64,000 nt of DNA from Paraspadella gotoi (taxonomy: Eukaryota > Animalia > Chaetognatha), in NCBI GenBank assembly GCA_051294375.1, contig CM119267.1, forward strand, positions 22,817,486-22,881,485. The letters run 5' to 3'. The notes under the pieces were generated by a model. It saw only the letters and a list, made by a program, of their open reading frames with translations. It was not told the origin of the DNA and did not search any database. Below are positions 9,978 to 24,490 of the stretch, in pieces. The stretch's first letter is position 1. Every line of letters begins with the position of its first letter. A program made the position numbers and the translations under genes.

Positions 9978-10419
9978 AAAACTAGATCGGTCAATCAAAT
10001 GTGTTGCGCCGCAGTGACTACACAAGTCTGAAACAAATGCACAAGTCTGGTGGTCCTATCACCACAGATGGATTAAAGCTGTTTCTTTCGCAGCGCCCTG
10101 TAAAACCAGCCTCTTCACAAGAAGCGTTTAGTAATGTCTTACCAGTCTGCCAAGTATTAATTAAAATAGGTTTCTTAGCCCGAGTATTTATGACACGTAC
10201 TGTATCGGCATCCCGTCTTTTATTCTTTATAGTTTTAGGATTTCCTAAAGGCGGCGCTAGCAGTCACTTAGATTGAGGTTGACAACAAATGAGCAACCAA
10301 CTATAGGCGAGCATTTTTAATGTAAGTGGGACAAACCGACGGACAGACATACCGAACGACCAACCGAAAAGTAACTTATAGAGTTGCTCCGCAAGTACTC
10401 GCGTAGCAACTAAAAAAAA
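9978..10419 (+). mobile_element. Putative non-autonomous Helentron/DINE-1-like element
   Basis: Starts AAACTAGA and ends with a (GACG/GACA/GACC)-type microsatellite, TTATAG, a hairpin AGTTGCT..AGTACT..AGCAACT (10382-10411) and an A run. Confidence 0.5.
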
Positions 10420-10523
10420 GGCCCCCGAAAAAGTCAACGACCACCCAAAGAGGATTATAATCCCTTCCCCGACCTGCAACCCGCTCATCAAAAACACTCT
10501 TCCCCCGAAAAATCTCCACCCAC

Positions 10524-10750
10524 CTTTCCGCAGCGTTCCCATCTTGGTGGCGAGGGGGCCGGGGTGTCCGTGGGGGTGATGGTGGTGCCCGAGCGGGTCG
10601 TCGAGCGGGACGTCGTGTACGAGGCTGTACTCTTCGTGATTGGCGATTCCGATCTTGGAGCAAATGACGATCATGAGTTGGGCGACCGTGTTGGAGTCGT
10701 CCACGTTGAGGGTTTTGACGGTTCCGTCCAACATGCGGACGCGGAGGAGT
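10524..10750 (-). CDS. TLN1: Talin, coding exon 2 (F1)
   Basis: Acceptor CTCTCCAG, then (R)LLRVRMLDGTVKTLNVDDSNTVAQLMIVICSKIGIANHEEYSLV...GTLRK. Donor G|GTGGGT. Phase joins exon 1 across a ~23 kb intron. Confidence 0.96.
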
Positions 10751-10842
10751 CTGGAGAGAGGAGGGGGGGGTGGGGGGGGTGGAGGTTAGAGATTTTGAAA
10801 CTTTTGAAAGTGTTGGATTTAAAGGTTTCGTTGTTGCGTTAA

Positions 10843-10925
10843 ATTTGTACAACCAATAGAAAAATTATCCATTCATTTAATAAATGAGTTATCTTTCCCC
10901 TGACTTTGGACAGGCTATACTGGCT
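10843..10925 (+). repeat. Dispersed ~80 bp repeat (copies at ~29071-29150 on +, ~36976-37072 on -, plus the duplicated copy near 15720)
   Basis: Shared core AATAtAAAAATTATcCATTcATTTAATAAAT..ATCTTgCCCcTGACTTTGG..CAGGCT. Confidence 0.75.
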
Positions 10926-11475
10926 AATGGCTATAGTAGTTTAAGATCTTCCTTATTTATGAAGTGGTATATTATTTCAAAGAATGTTTAATTTGTTTTA
11001 ATTAAACTTTGACTATCTTGCTTCTTATGAGAGAGAAAAAGAAAAAAAGAAAGAAACACAAAGAGTAAGAGAGAGTTAGATAGAGAGAGAGAGAGAAATA
11101 AAGAGATTGAGAAAGCGATTAAGAGAGAGAAAAATAAAGAAAGGAAAGTAGATCAACCTTGCGCTTGAAACTTGATGCTTACTTTTACCCCATCCCGACT
11201 CTACCCGACCCAAAAATAAGTAATTCCCACTCAACCCTTACTCCAAAACCGGAACCGGAACCATAAATGCCAAACGCCACGCCCACTCGCCCAGTCGTCC
11301 ACATTTCAACCAACTCAGCAATAGTGATCGAATTTGAAGGCAGAGGCAGAGGGGAGGGGGAGACAAACTTGGTTATCTTTTCAAGTTTACTCGACTCGTA
11401 AAAATCACTTACTGGGGAGAAATAGAGCGAATTAGAAATGAGTAAAAATTACTGATGGGGAGAGAGAGAGAGAGG

Positions 11476-11551
<76 letters not shown>

Positions 11552-12387
11552 AATAATTTAACCCACGGCTTTGCTATTTCCCCCCCCCAGAAAAAAATAC
11601 TCATATCCCGGTCAAAGCGACCCTCGCAATTGCGACTATATAACCTACAGTTTCCCTTTTTTTCCTTTCAACTTTTTTCGCTAATTTGACTCAACAAAAG
11701 CGACTTATTTTTTTTCTTTTTTTAACAAAACTCGTTAGTCCAAAATGTTAGGAAATGAGTTTCACGGTTGAAAATAACGAGGTGTGAGGTTGAAAGAGGG
11801 AGGAGCGGATATTTTCGGGGGGTGATTAATTTTCGAATGAAATTATCGATGTGAATTTGCTCAAGCCTCAAAAAATTCAAGTAAATAAGTTTAAATCTCA
11901 ATAGAGCACAACGATCTTCATATTTTCATGTTGCGACTCGATCCTATAGTTTATTCTGGAAATTTCCTAAATATAATGCGATTAAAGCCTCGTCATCGTG
12001 TTTCAGTAAACAAATCGAATCGAAAATAACCAGTGGCTGCGGCAATACATTTAAATCCCTTTTAAAGGCTAAGAATATTTTAGTACTAAAAAAAATATGT
12101 TTACTAGTTTTGATATATGACATATGATAAAAATTCTTTGATCAAGACATAGAATATGAAATATAATAAAATAAAATAGAATAAAAAAATATTTAAAAAA
12201 TATCAAAAAAAGATTTAAGATAATAAAAATTTTAAAAAACAAGAGAAATAAAAAGTTATAGAGACGAAAAAAAAAAGAAAAAAAACTATAAAATTTCAGG
12301 GGTTAAGTAAGTCACTATTTACGATTTACAAATATCGGAACTGCGAAAGGTGATACGAGGGTGAATTGGAACAAAATGAACATTGTG

Positions 12388-12516
12388 GGTCGAGACTGCT
12401 TCGAAGGCTTTCATCTGGGAGTGGTGAAGTGGTGAATGAATGAATGAATGAATGAATGAATGAATAAATGAACATGGCGGTCGAGACTCCTTCGAAGGCT
12501 TTCAGCTGGGAGTGGT
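12388..12516 (+). repeat. ~38-bp direct repeats flanking a (GAAT)n tract
   Basis: GGTCGAGACTgCTTCGAAGGCTTTCAtCTGGGAGTGGT at 12388 and 12479. Confidence 0.8.
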
Positions 12517-12893
12517 ACAATTTAAATCATCGCGAAGGCAAAGTGGTAAATTGTTAATGATAAGAATATAATGATTGTTTAAAAATTCAATTCAGTGTTT
12601 TACATTTTTACGAACATACGTGCACCACTGTACCAGGTATGGCAAAAGCATGTTGAAGCATGCCCTCGTCTCGTTCAAAATTTTACTGATCGACATCTTG
12701 ATATCGGGACGGACGGACATATCGATTGACGTCGTTTCTCAAGTTTTAAACCGAGAATTTCCGGTCCGAAACCGAAATTCAAAATTCGAAGCAAAAAAGT
12801 CTGGATGTCATTTGGTCGGATAAAATCTAAAGCGGAAGCCGATTTCACACAGAGTTGGTCGGTCGGTCGTCAGACAGAAAAACTCTGTATTTC

Positions 12894-12981
<88 letters not shown>

Positions 12982-13175
12982 TTTCATCCTCAAATGTTGT
13001 CTTTATAATTTTTGTGTATATCTATCTCTTACTTGTATTTCCAAAATACCTTTTTTTAGATATATTCTTCACTCTTCACAAGTTCACACACTTTTGACAT
13101 AACTACATATGTAGCTGTCACCTGCCAGGAGTTTACATTATCTTTTCCGCAATCGAAAGACGGCTATAAAAAGAG

Positions 13176-13227
<52 letters not shown>

Positions 13228-13589
13228 GGATCTGAGGGGCGGGAAAACCAGAGAAGCGGATTAAAAAAATCCCCAGGGATAAAAAAATCCAAAAGAAAAC
13301 TCAGATAGAGAGAGAGACATTGAGAAAAAAAAGTGGGGAGAGGGAGGAAGAGAGAAGGAGAGGGGAAGAAAGAGTGTGACAAAGAGAGAGAGAGAGATAG
13401 AGATAAAGTCAGGTACGAGGATATTGGTCAGATTAACGACTTCGGCGTCATCGATTCGCATGGGTTGGTCTCATAAATTAATTCAATGAATGTCTAATCT
13501 GAAGAGACGAGAGACAGAGACGAGAGAGAGCAGAGAGCAGAGAAGCATCGAGAGCAGAACTGGAGAAGATATGAGAGAGGACGAGACGG

Positions 13590-13629
<40 letters not shown>

Positions 13630-14355
13630 CCAGGATTTTTGATTTGGGAGAACGACCGGGCGTTGAATACAGATTTATTTATTAACAATTAAATTATTCA
13701 TAAATATCCACGTTTATCCGCGATTCGAATTAGCGCCAGAGAAACGCGTTTGTATCGAAAAATTAGTCGCCGGACCACCCACATTATTCTTAACAGCTTA
13801 TTTATAATCATAATCTTTTAAAATACTCTTATATTTAAAAATATGCTAACGTTAAAAAAACACCATCATATACGTAAAGGCATCATTATCATTATCAATA
13901 TCATTCAATCGCAAAACCACTGAATTCCCTAGACAATTTGGCTTCATCATTTGCGTTCGCGCAGAAATATGTATTCGTTTATAAGAATAGTGGGGAAGAT
14001 AATAATAGAAAGAAAGAGAGAAGGGTAGAAAAAAGGAAAAGAAAAATCTCTAATAAAAGAAAGAAAAAAAAACTAACTGCTCGATAGTTGATGGATTGAT
14101 TGATCGATTGATTGATAGGGTAAACGATATATTGGCTTATGATACAAGTCGTTTTAACGAGTAGATTAAAATAAAAAGCACGAAGAACAAATGAAATAAA
14201 CTTGATAAAGAAAAATTATAAATTGATAAAAGCTGAAACAATGCGCCTTTGATCTCAGAGCAAAATCGTGACCTCGATCATTTTTTTTCTTGATTTTTCA
14301 TCTCTCTCTCTCCTCTCATCTCTCTCTCCTCTCTACTCTCTCTCTCTCTCATTCA

Positions 14356-14386
<31 letters not shown>

Positions 14387-14502
14387 ATTCTATTCCGCAA
14401 AGAGATTTGAGTGAGCTTTGCGGTGGGTTTCGCTTATTCAGTTTTAAAAACGCTATTTGTTTTGCCTGGGAAGAGAAAGGGAGGGGAGAAAAGAGAAATG
14501 AA

Positions 14503-14580
<78 letters not shown>

Positions 14581-14754
14581 ATTTTTCGAAGCCAGGGACT
14601 AGGTCTTTGTCCAGGGCTTTTAAAAAAAATATTTTAACTTGAAAATAAAAAAAATCAATTGTATATTTCATCCAATATTTAAAGACTCCACCCTTTTTGG
14701 TCTATCATCAGTAAAGGACAAGAGAAATGTGATCAATGTATCACCATATCAAGT

Positions 14755-14811
<57 letters not shown>

Positions 14812-15220
14812 AATCATTATAAAAGAGATTTTCCGATACAAAAATAAAATAAGTGATGAGATTTGTCTAAACGTATTTTTTTGTGCTGAATTCGGCATTT
14901 AATTCTTTTTAGGTCATCGTAAAAGTGTGAACGATATTTGGAGGCAAGAAAACTTAACTACGAAACAAATAACGATTAAAATCTCATCGAAAAAAAGCGG
15001 AAGTGACACAAAAATACATTAGTTTAAAATTTTAAAAATCATGAATATAAATTTTGGTTTGGAGATCGTTATCTTCCCATTAGTCATAAATGTTTTTGAG
15101 TCCATCCAAAAAAAAAAGTTGGATATCTTCGAATCATGATTATTATTAATAATAAGATTAATAATCCTTTTTTTTCTCAAATTGCCGGTTTGACATAATA
15201 AATAAGCATATTGTATTGGT

Positions 15221-15254
<34 letters not shown>

Positions 15255-15376
15255 NNNNNNNNNNNNNNNNNNNNNNNNNAGTACAACGACCACTCACAAA
15301 GAGGATTATTATATCCTTCCCCAGACTGCAACCCGCTCATGCAAAAGCACTCTCGCCCGAAAAATCTCTCACCACT

Positions 15377-15625
15377 CTTTCCTGGCAGCGTTTCCAATTC
15401 TTGGTGGCGAGGGTAGGGCCGGGGTGTCCTGTGGGGGTGATGGTGGTTGCCCGAGGGGTCGATCGAGCGGGGCGTCGTGTACGAAGGCTGTACTCTTCGT
15501 GATTGGCGATTACCGAATCTTGGAAGCAAATGACGATCATGAGTTGGAGCGGCCCGGGTGTTATGGAGTCGTCCACGGTTGAGGGTTTTTGACGGTTCGT
15601 CTCAAAAGTGCGGACGGGAGGAAGT
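15377..15625 (-). pseudogene. Frameshifted duplicate of talin exon 2 (probable assembly artefact)
   Basis: QLMIVIC..IANHEEYSL is recognisable but broken by many 1-nt indels. It lies in the noisy second copy of a tandem duplication, next to a 25-N gap. Confidence 0.7.
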
Positions 15626-16435
15626 CTGGAAGAGAGGGTGGGGGGGGTGGGGGTGGGGTGGGAGGTTAAGAGATTTTTGAAACTTTGAAAGTGTTTGGAA
15701 TTTAAAGGTTTCGTTGTTGCGTTAAATTATGATACCATACCAATAGAAAAATTATCCATTATTTTAATAAATGAGTTTATCTATTTCGCTGACTTTGGAC
15801 TAGGCACTATACTGGCTAATTGGCATATAAGTAAGTTTAGTAAGAATCTTCCTTATTTATATTGAAGTGGTATATTTTATTTTCTAAAGACATGTTTAAT
15901 TTTGTTTTAATTTAATACTTCTGACACTCCTCATCTATGGCTTCTTATGAAGAAGAGAAAAAGAAAAAACAGAAGAAAAAAAGAGTAAGAGAGAGTTAAG
16001 ATAGAGAAGATGAGGAGAAGATATTAAGAGATTGAAGAAAGCGATTAAGAGAAGAGAAAAAATAAAGATAAGGAAAGTAGATCACCTTGCGCTTGAAGCT
16101 TGATGTAGCTATACCTTTTACCATTCCGACTCTAACCAGCTACCCAGACAAAATAAGTATATTCCCATACTCACAACCTTTTACTTCCAAAACCCGGACC
16201 GGAAACCATTAAATGCCAAACGCCAAAGCCACATTCTCCCAGTCGTACCATTGCAACAACTCAGCAATAGTGATCCGAATTTGAAGGCAGAGGCAGAGGG
16301 GAGGGGGAGACCAAACTTGGTTATTCTTTTCAGTTTACTCGACTGTAAATACTTAATGGGGAGAAATAGAGCGAATTAGAATTGAGAAAAATTACTGATG
16401 GGAGAGAGACGAGAAGAGAGAGAGAGAGAGAAGGG

Positions 16436-16491
<56 letters not shown>

Positions 16492-18176
16492 CAAATATTT
16501 AAGCACGGCTTTGCTAATTTCCCCCCCACCCAGAATAAAAAATACTCATATCCCGGTCAAGCGACCTCGCAATTGCGACTATATAACCTACAGTTTCCCT
16601 TTTTTTCCTTTCAAACTTTTTTCGGCTAATTTGACTCAAACAAAAGCGACTTATTTTTTTTCTTTTTTTAACAAAAACTCGTTAGTCAAAAATGTTAGGA
16701 AATGAGTTTAACGGTTGATGAAATAACGAGTGTGAGGTTTGAAAGAGGGAGGAGCGGATATTATTCGGGGGTGATTAATTTTCGAAATGAAATTATCGAT
16801 GTGAATTTGCTCAAAGCCTCAAAAAAATTCAAGTAAATAAGTATTAATCTCAATAGAGCACAACCGATCTTCATATTTTCATGTTGCGACTCGATCCTAT
16901 AGTTTATTCTGGAAATTTCCTAAATATAATGCGAATTATAAGCCTCGTCATCGGTTTCAGTAAACAAATCGAATCGAAAATAACCAGTGGCCTGCGGCAA
17001 ATACATTTAAATCCCTTTAAGGCTAAAGTATATTTTAGTACAAATAAAAAATATGTTTACTAGTTTTGATATATGACATATGATAAAATCTTTGATCAAG
17101 ACATAGAATTGAAAATTATAATAATAAAATAGAATAAAAAAATATTTAAAATATCAAAAAAAGATTTAAGTAATAAAAAATTTAAAAAACAAGAGAAATA
17201 AAAAGTTATAGAGACGAAAAAAAAGAAAAACTATAAAAATTCAGGGGATTAAGTAAGTCACTATTTACGATTTACAAATATCGAGACTGCGAAAGGTGAT
17301 AACGAGGGTGAATTGGCAAAAACTGAACATTGTGGGTCGAGACTGCTTCGAAGGCTTTCATCTGGGAGTGGTGAAGTGTTGAGATGAATGAATGAATGAA
17401 TGAATGAATAGAATAGAATGAACATGGCGGTCGAGACTCCTTCGAAGGCTTTCAGCTGGGAGTGTTTACAATTTAAATATCATTCGGCACAGGCAAAGTG
17501 GTAAATTGTTAATGATAAGAATATACATGTTTGTTTAAAAATTCAATTCAGTGTTTTTACATTTTTACGAACATACGTGCAACTCACTGTCCAGGTTGGC
17601 AAACGCATGTTGAAGCATGCCCTCGTCTCGTTCAAAATTTACTGATCGACATCTTGATATCGGGACGGACGGAACATATCTACGATTTGACGTCGTTCTC
17701 AAGTTTTAAAACCGAGAATTTCCGGTCCGAAACCGAAATTCAAAATTCGAAAGCAAAAAGTCTGGATGTCATTTGGTCGGCATAAAATGCTAAAGCGGAA
17801 GCCGATTTCACACAGAGTTGGTCGGTCGGTCGTCAGACAGAAAACTCTGTATTTCCATTATTATTATTATTATTATTATATTATTAATTATTATTATTTT
17901 ATTTATTATTATTATTATTATTAATTAATTATTATTATTATTATTATTATTATAATTTTCATCCTCAAATGTTGTCTTAATTAATTTTTGTGTATATCTA
18001 TCTCTTACTTGTATTTCCAAAAATACCTTTTTTTAGATATATTCTTCACTCTTCAATCACAAGTTCAACATACACTTTTGACATAACTAATATGTAGCTG
18101 TCACCCTGCCAGGAGTTTACATTATCTTTTCCGCAATCGAAAGACGGCTATTAAAAAGAGCAGAGAGAGAGGAGAG

Positions 18177-18212
<36 letters not shown>

Positions 18213-18514
18213 TAGGATCTGAGGGGCGGGAAAACCAGAGAAGCGGATTAAAAAAATATCCCCAGGGATAAAAAAATCCAAAAGAAAACTCAGATAGAGA
18301 GAGAAGACATTGAGAAAAAAAGTGGGGAGAGGGAGGAAGAGAGAAGGAGAGGGGAAGAAAGAGTGTGACAAAGAGAGAGAGAGAGATAGAGATAAAAGTC
18401 AGGTACGCAGGATATTGGTCAGATTAACGACTTCGGCGTCATCGATTCGCATGGGTTGGTTCCTCTAAATTAATTCAATGAATGTCTAATCTGAAGAGAG
18501 AGAGAGAGACGAGC

Positions 18515-18597
<83 letters not shown>

Positions 18598-19303
18598 GAG
18601 ATTTCCAGGATTTTGATTTTTGGGAGAACGACCGGGCGTTGAATACAGGATTTATTTATTACAATTAAATTATTTCATAAATATCCACGTTTATCCGGCG
18701 ATTCGAATATAGCGCCAAGAGAAACGCGTTTGTATCGAAAAATTAGTCGCCGGACCACCGCACAATTATTCTTAACCAGCTTATTTATAATCATAATCTT
18801 TTAAATACTCTTATATTTAAAAATATGCTAACGTTAAAAAAAACCATCATATACGTAAAGGCTATCATTTATCATTATCAATATCATTCAATCGCCAACC
18901 ACTGAATTCCCTAGACAATTTGGCTTCAATCATTTTGCGTTCGCGCAGAAATATGTATTCGTTTATAAGAATAGTGGGGAAGATAATAATAGAAAGAAGA
19001 GAGAAGGGTAGAGAAAAAGGAAAAGAAAAATCTCTAATAAAAGAAAGGAAAAAAAACTAACTGCTCGATAGTTGATGGGATTGATTGATCGATTGATTGG
19101 ATAGGGTAAACGATATATTGGCATTTATGATACAAGTTTTTAACGAGTAGACATAAAATAATAAAGCACGACGAAGCAAATGAAATAAACTTGATAAGAA
19201 AAATTATAAATTGATAAAAGCTGAAACAATGCGCCTTTGATCTCAGAAGCAAAATCGTGACCTCGATCATTTTTTTTCTTGATTTTCATCTCTCTCTCCT
19301 CTC

Positions 19304-19360
<57 letters not shown>

Positions 19361-19500
19361 CTATCCGCAAAGAGATTTGAGTGAGCTTTGCGGTGGCTTT
19401 CGCTTATTCCAGTTTTAAAAAACGCTATTTCGTTTTGCCTGGGAGAGAGAAGGAGGGAAGGTGGAAAAAGAGAAATGAAAGAGAGAGAGAGAGAGAGAGC

Positions 19501-19538
<38 letters not shown>

Positions 19539-19747
19539 TGAGAGTAGAGAGAGGAGAGGATTTTTCGAAGCCAGGGACTAGGTCTTTGTCCAGGGCTTTT
19601 AAAAAAAATATTTTAACTTGAAAATAAAAAAAATCCAATTGTATAATTTCCATCAGCAAATATTTAAAGACTCCACCCTTTTTGGGTCTATCATCAGTAA
19701 AAGGACAGAAGACAATGTTGATCAATTGTATCACCATATGCAAGTGA

Positions 19748-19805
<58 letters not shown>

Positions 19806-21234
19806 AGCAGAGAAGAGGAGAAGAGAGATAACAATCATTATAAAAAGAGATTTTTTCCGATACAAAAATAAAATAAGTGATGAGATTTGTCTAAAACGTA
19901 TTTTTTTGTGCTGAATTCGGCATTTAATTCTTTTAGGTCATCGTAAAAGTGTGAACGATTATTTGGAGGCAAGAAAACTTAACTACGAAACAAACGAATT
20001 AAAATCTCATCGAAAAAAAGCGGAAGTGACACAAACAATTAGTTTTTAAATTTAAAACATCATGAATATAAATTTTGGTTTGGAGATCGTTATCTTCCCC
20101 ATTAGTCAATAAAATGTTTTTGGAGTCATCCAAAAAAAAAAGTTGGATATCTTCGAATCATGATTATTATTAATAATAAAGATTAATAATCCTTTTTTTT
20201 CTCCAAATTGCCGGTTTGACAGATAATAAATAAACATACTTGTATTTGGTTACTCTCTCTCTCTCTCTCCTCTCCCTCTCATCTCTCTCTCTCTCTCCTC
20301 TCTCTCTCTCTGGAATTTCTGGGCGTCCAAGCGCCCGTGGGCATGATTATAAAAGGATTTGGTATAAAAAGAATAAAAATGAAACCGAAAAGAAAAAAAA
20401 ACATTAAAAATAGAAAAAGAAAGAAAAAAGGGATTTGATTAGGAAGATTTCAAGACCACTTTGTCCGGTATAGAGATAAGACGCCGTGCTCTCTCTCTCT
20501 CTCTCTTTCTCAGACACTCACGAAAGTATATAAACTAAGCGACGAATAATTATCGCCTCACTGACTTCAAAAGGAACAAAATTTAGTTTCGACCCCCGGG
20601 AATTTAAAACTTATTTAATTACGGAAACTAAATGTAAAAAAAAAGGGTTTCTTTTGATAAATCCAACGTGACATTATCTAGCGAAGCAAATTACGCTGAA
20701 ACGACAAGAACAACAAAATAACAGTCGCTTCGAGGACAGTTAATAAAATCAGCAGAAAAAAGCTTTTGTGACAGATTTTGAAAAATATTGCTCAAGTTAC
20801 TCAAGTTACAAATCCTCTTATAAAAAAAGGCAAGTAAATAAATCAATCAATAGATAAATAAATAAATAAATAAATAAAAATATAAATGAATAAAAATATA
20901 AATGAATAAAAATATAAAAAAATTTTTAAAAAATAAATAAATAAATAAATGAGAAAGGACGTAAAAACAGTAAAAATGAACAGCGAAAATTAACAACAAA
21001 TAAATGACCAATAAACATTACTAGACAAATCCTGACGCTGGCTTTTCATCGCTTCGTCTTTGTCCTTATTCCCCTTAACTTTGTCCTCATTACTTATTTT
21101 TTCCCCTTCCTTTAACTCATGTCCCGTTTCTCGCGTGACGCCTTCGTCTCTTCGTCCCAGAGAAAAATGTCTCGACACGCGGGGATCTTGAGCGGCGCTT
21201 CCCAAACTTTTTGAGTCATAAATTCATCTCCGGT

Positions 21235-21271
<37 letters not shown>

Positions 21272-21518
21272 GCGGCGTCTTTATCTCCTCAGATAGTCGC
21301 TCAACCGCCCGTCGCAGGGAAATTGATATAAATTGAAAGTGGGGTTTTATTAAAAGGGGACGGTGGGACGGTTGAAAGGCAGGAGAGATTGAAATGCGAA
21401 AAGCCACAAGACTAACAAAGAGTAAAGGAGAGAGAAAAGGATGAGTGATGGTGAAAATTGTAAGACAAGGGCCAAAAGGGACATTGGCCTCGGGTTCACC
21501 AGAGTGAAAGGATTTATA

Positions 21519-21841
21519 AAATGAAGGAACTAACAAATGAACCAAAATGAAGAAAATAAAAAATGAACCTAAATTAAGGAACAATCAAATGAACCAAAAT
21601 TAAGGAACTAACAAATGAACCAAAATGAAGGAACTAACAAATGAACCAAAATGAAGGAACTAACAAATGAACCAAAATGAAGGAACTATCAAATGAACCA
21701 AAATGAGGGAACTAACAAATGAACCAAAATGAAGGAAATAACAAATGAACTAAAATTAAGGAACTAACAAATGAACTAAAATTAAGGAACTAACAAATGA
21801 ACCTAAATGAAGGAACTATCAAATAAACCAAAATGAAGGAA
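21519..21841 (+). repeat. 26-bp minisatellite, ~12 copies, running into a gap
   Basis: Unit AAGGAACTAACAAATGAACCAAAATG. Confidence 0.92.
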
Positions 21842-24434
21842 NNNNNNNNNNTTTCTCTTTTTTACACCTTTCTATTTCTTTCCTTCTCAGTTTCTCTTTG
21901 TCTTTCTTTCTTTCTATCTTTGTCTTTCCCTTTCTTTCTATCTTTCCATCTTCCCCAACGTTTCTTTCATTCCTCAACGCAGCCTCATCCTTTTATTCCC
22001 CATTTCTCTACCTTTTCTTCCTTACCCTTCAGTTCACCCCCCCCCCTCCAATTTTCTGTTTATGTCGTCCCTAAGCTGGTCGTTTGTGACGAGGTGGTTT
22101 GAGCACGATGGTGGATGCTGGAGTGGTTGATGGGGACAGAGGGAGGGGGGAGAGAAGGGGGAGAGATCATTTACATGGGGACAGAGGAATGGGGTAGTAC
22201 GGGGACAAGAACTAGGGCGGTTTCGTTTTAAACTTAAGCTCACGTATTTAAATCAAGAATGGAAAGGCAAAAAAAAAAATTATCTGTTAGAAGGGTGAGC
22301 GATCGTATGGCTTTAGAGTTAGAGAGACTAAGAAGCCCTGTATTTGATCTGCTGGAGGAAGAGAAGCCTCAAAACGAATGGAGTAGGGGGGAGGTTTTAA
22401 ACGGAGCAGAAAGGGCACCCTCGGGGGCTGGACGGGGTTAAAGTAAATGTCTTTATGACTTTTTCTCCGCCGGATCGAACGAACGGAGATGAAGAAGGAT
22501 GAAGAACGAACCCCACAATCACCTTACAAATCACCCAACCAATCACACCCACCAATCGCCAACCCTCAACCCACCAAGCCACCCAACCATATCTGTCCCG
22601 ACCCAATAACTACACCAAGCACCGACCTAAAACCTAATAAATAAACTCTCCAACCAAAAAATTCAAACAGTAGCTTAAAAACCCCACCAATCACCTCACC
22701 CCAAAATTCACCTCAACCCCAAATCACTCACAACCTGAACCGAGACGAAAATCCTTTTCCTTTTTCTTTCTTCTTTTTTTTTCGTTCCGGCAATCAAAAT
22801 TCAAATAAAATCGCCGAGTAAAGATTCCTCGAGTCGTTGGTGACCTCGAAAAGTTCGGGCTCTCCTATTCCTAAAAGCCGAAACCCATTTCTTTTCCCTT
22901 AATTCCCTGAACTTGGTTAACGCTATATTCAACCTTATTCTATCATTTAAGTAAGTAACAGATGATGATGATGATGATGATATCAGCGATGATCATGAGA
23001 TGGATTCATCCAATCAGAAGAGATACTCGGGTCATCGGGATTACATCTGCGAGTTCATCGCTTGTACTATATGGTTATATACCAAACTTATAAACCATTA
23101 TCCCCCTAAACCTTTAAGTCTAAACACCCCTAACTCTAAGACCCTAAAAACCAAATGGGAGTTCCCTACCACTAACCACTTACCTAATCTTAAACCAAAA
23201 ATAACTTCCAATATCCGTAATTTAAAAAAAAAGAAATATGCCCGCTTATGGAAAAATAAGGCCGAAAGAGCGCATGCCATTCCCACCGAATCGATTCAAT
23301 TATTTCATTCCATATATTCGATCGGTCATCATCGGCGAGGCGGAAGAAGAGATTCGGGATGGGGTGTGGTGATTTTATTTTGACATATTATAATGGCCCG
23401 TAATATTGACATACGGGCCATTCTGGATTATTTATGAAGTTGTATCCTCTGATTAAAAACTTATTAACTTTCGATTTGTGAGAGATGTTAAGAGAAATAA
23501 ATATTCTCGGGAGAGACTGAAAAACACCACACAGTATTTACCATATTCCCTTATTTAATCTACTCTGCCTGACTCCTCTGCTCTCTCTCTCTCTCTTCTC
23601 TTCTCTCTCGTTCTTCTCTCTCCCGGAGATGGACGAGAGAGGAGAAAGGAAGATGGATAAAGAAAACCGATGAGTAGCGAGAAGTGGTTTGACTATGGAA
23701 AAATGATAGGCAGATGAGTCTGGAGAGAGGAGGGGTGACATAGCGCAATATAAGAAAATTAAGTCAATAATTTATCACATATAAAACTATCTCGACACTC
23801 ACAAGACTTAACACGATGAGACAAATATGGAAGATGAGAGAGAGATAGATAAGTAATGATGATCATATTGAATGAGAGGTGAATTAGGAAAAGACGAGAA
23901 GACGCGAGAAGAAGAGATAGTGAAGAGAATGAGAATTTGGAGAATGAAAACCAAATAAGAAATAAATATCGATTTTTAAAAAGTGGAATTTATGGGGAAA
24001 AGAAAGAGAAAATAGGAGATTTTAGGAAAAAGACGGAACTAAAAGATGTAACTAGGGGCTGAAAAGAATAGCAAAAGAGAGAAGACAGAGGGAGAGTAGA
24101 GACGCAGAGGAGAGAGACGCCTTCTCCAGAGAGATGGAGAAAGAGAAGAAAGAGATGATTAGACAGTGTGAAGAGATCGGGAGATGATATGGAGAGAAGA
24201 TAGATGCCGAATTTGACACCAGAGGAAAGAGGAATCTCTGATGATGCCGAGAGGAGAGGAAGGAGAAGAGAGGGAGAGAAACCGAGGAGAGAAGAAAAAC
24301 GAGGAGAGAGGAATTATCGGGGGCGGCAGCTGAAGCTGGAGGAAGATTTTACCGACAACATTGACGGCGGTTGAAAGAAGTTAAATGGGAATAGGAATTA
24401 CGGAAGAGCGCAAACAAACGAATACAATCGTGTT

Positions 24435-24490
<56 letters not shown>

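Larger units (their letters stand above)
10431..20310 (+). repeat. ~4.8 kb tandem duplication (10431-15254 / 15280-20310) around a 25-N gap
   Basis: Collinear landmarks: 12575 vs 17531, (ATT)n at 12895 vs 17857, 14411 vs 19381. Copy 2 is indel-rich. Confidence 0.93.

Noticed and set aside
21519-21841. Regular 26-bp repeats as a CRISPR array
   Set aside because: The units are head-to-tail with no unique spacers, the context is eukaryotic and there are no cas genes; it is a minisatellite.
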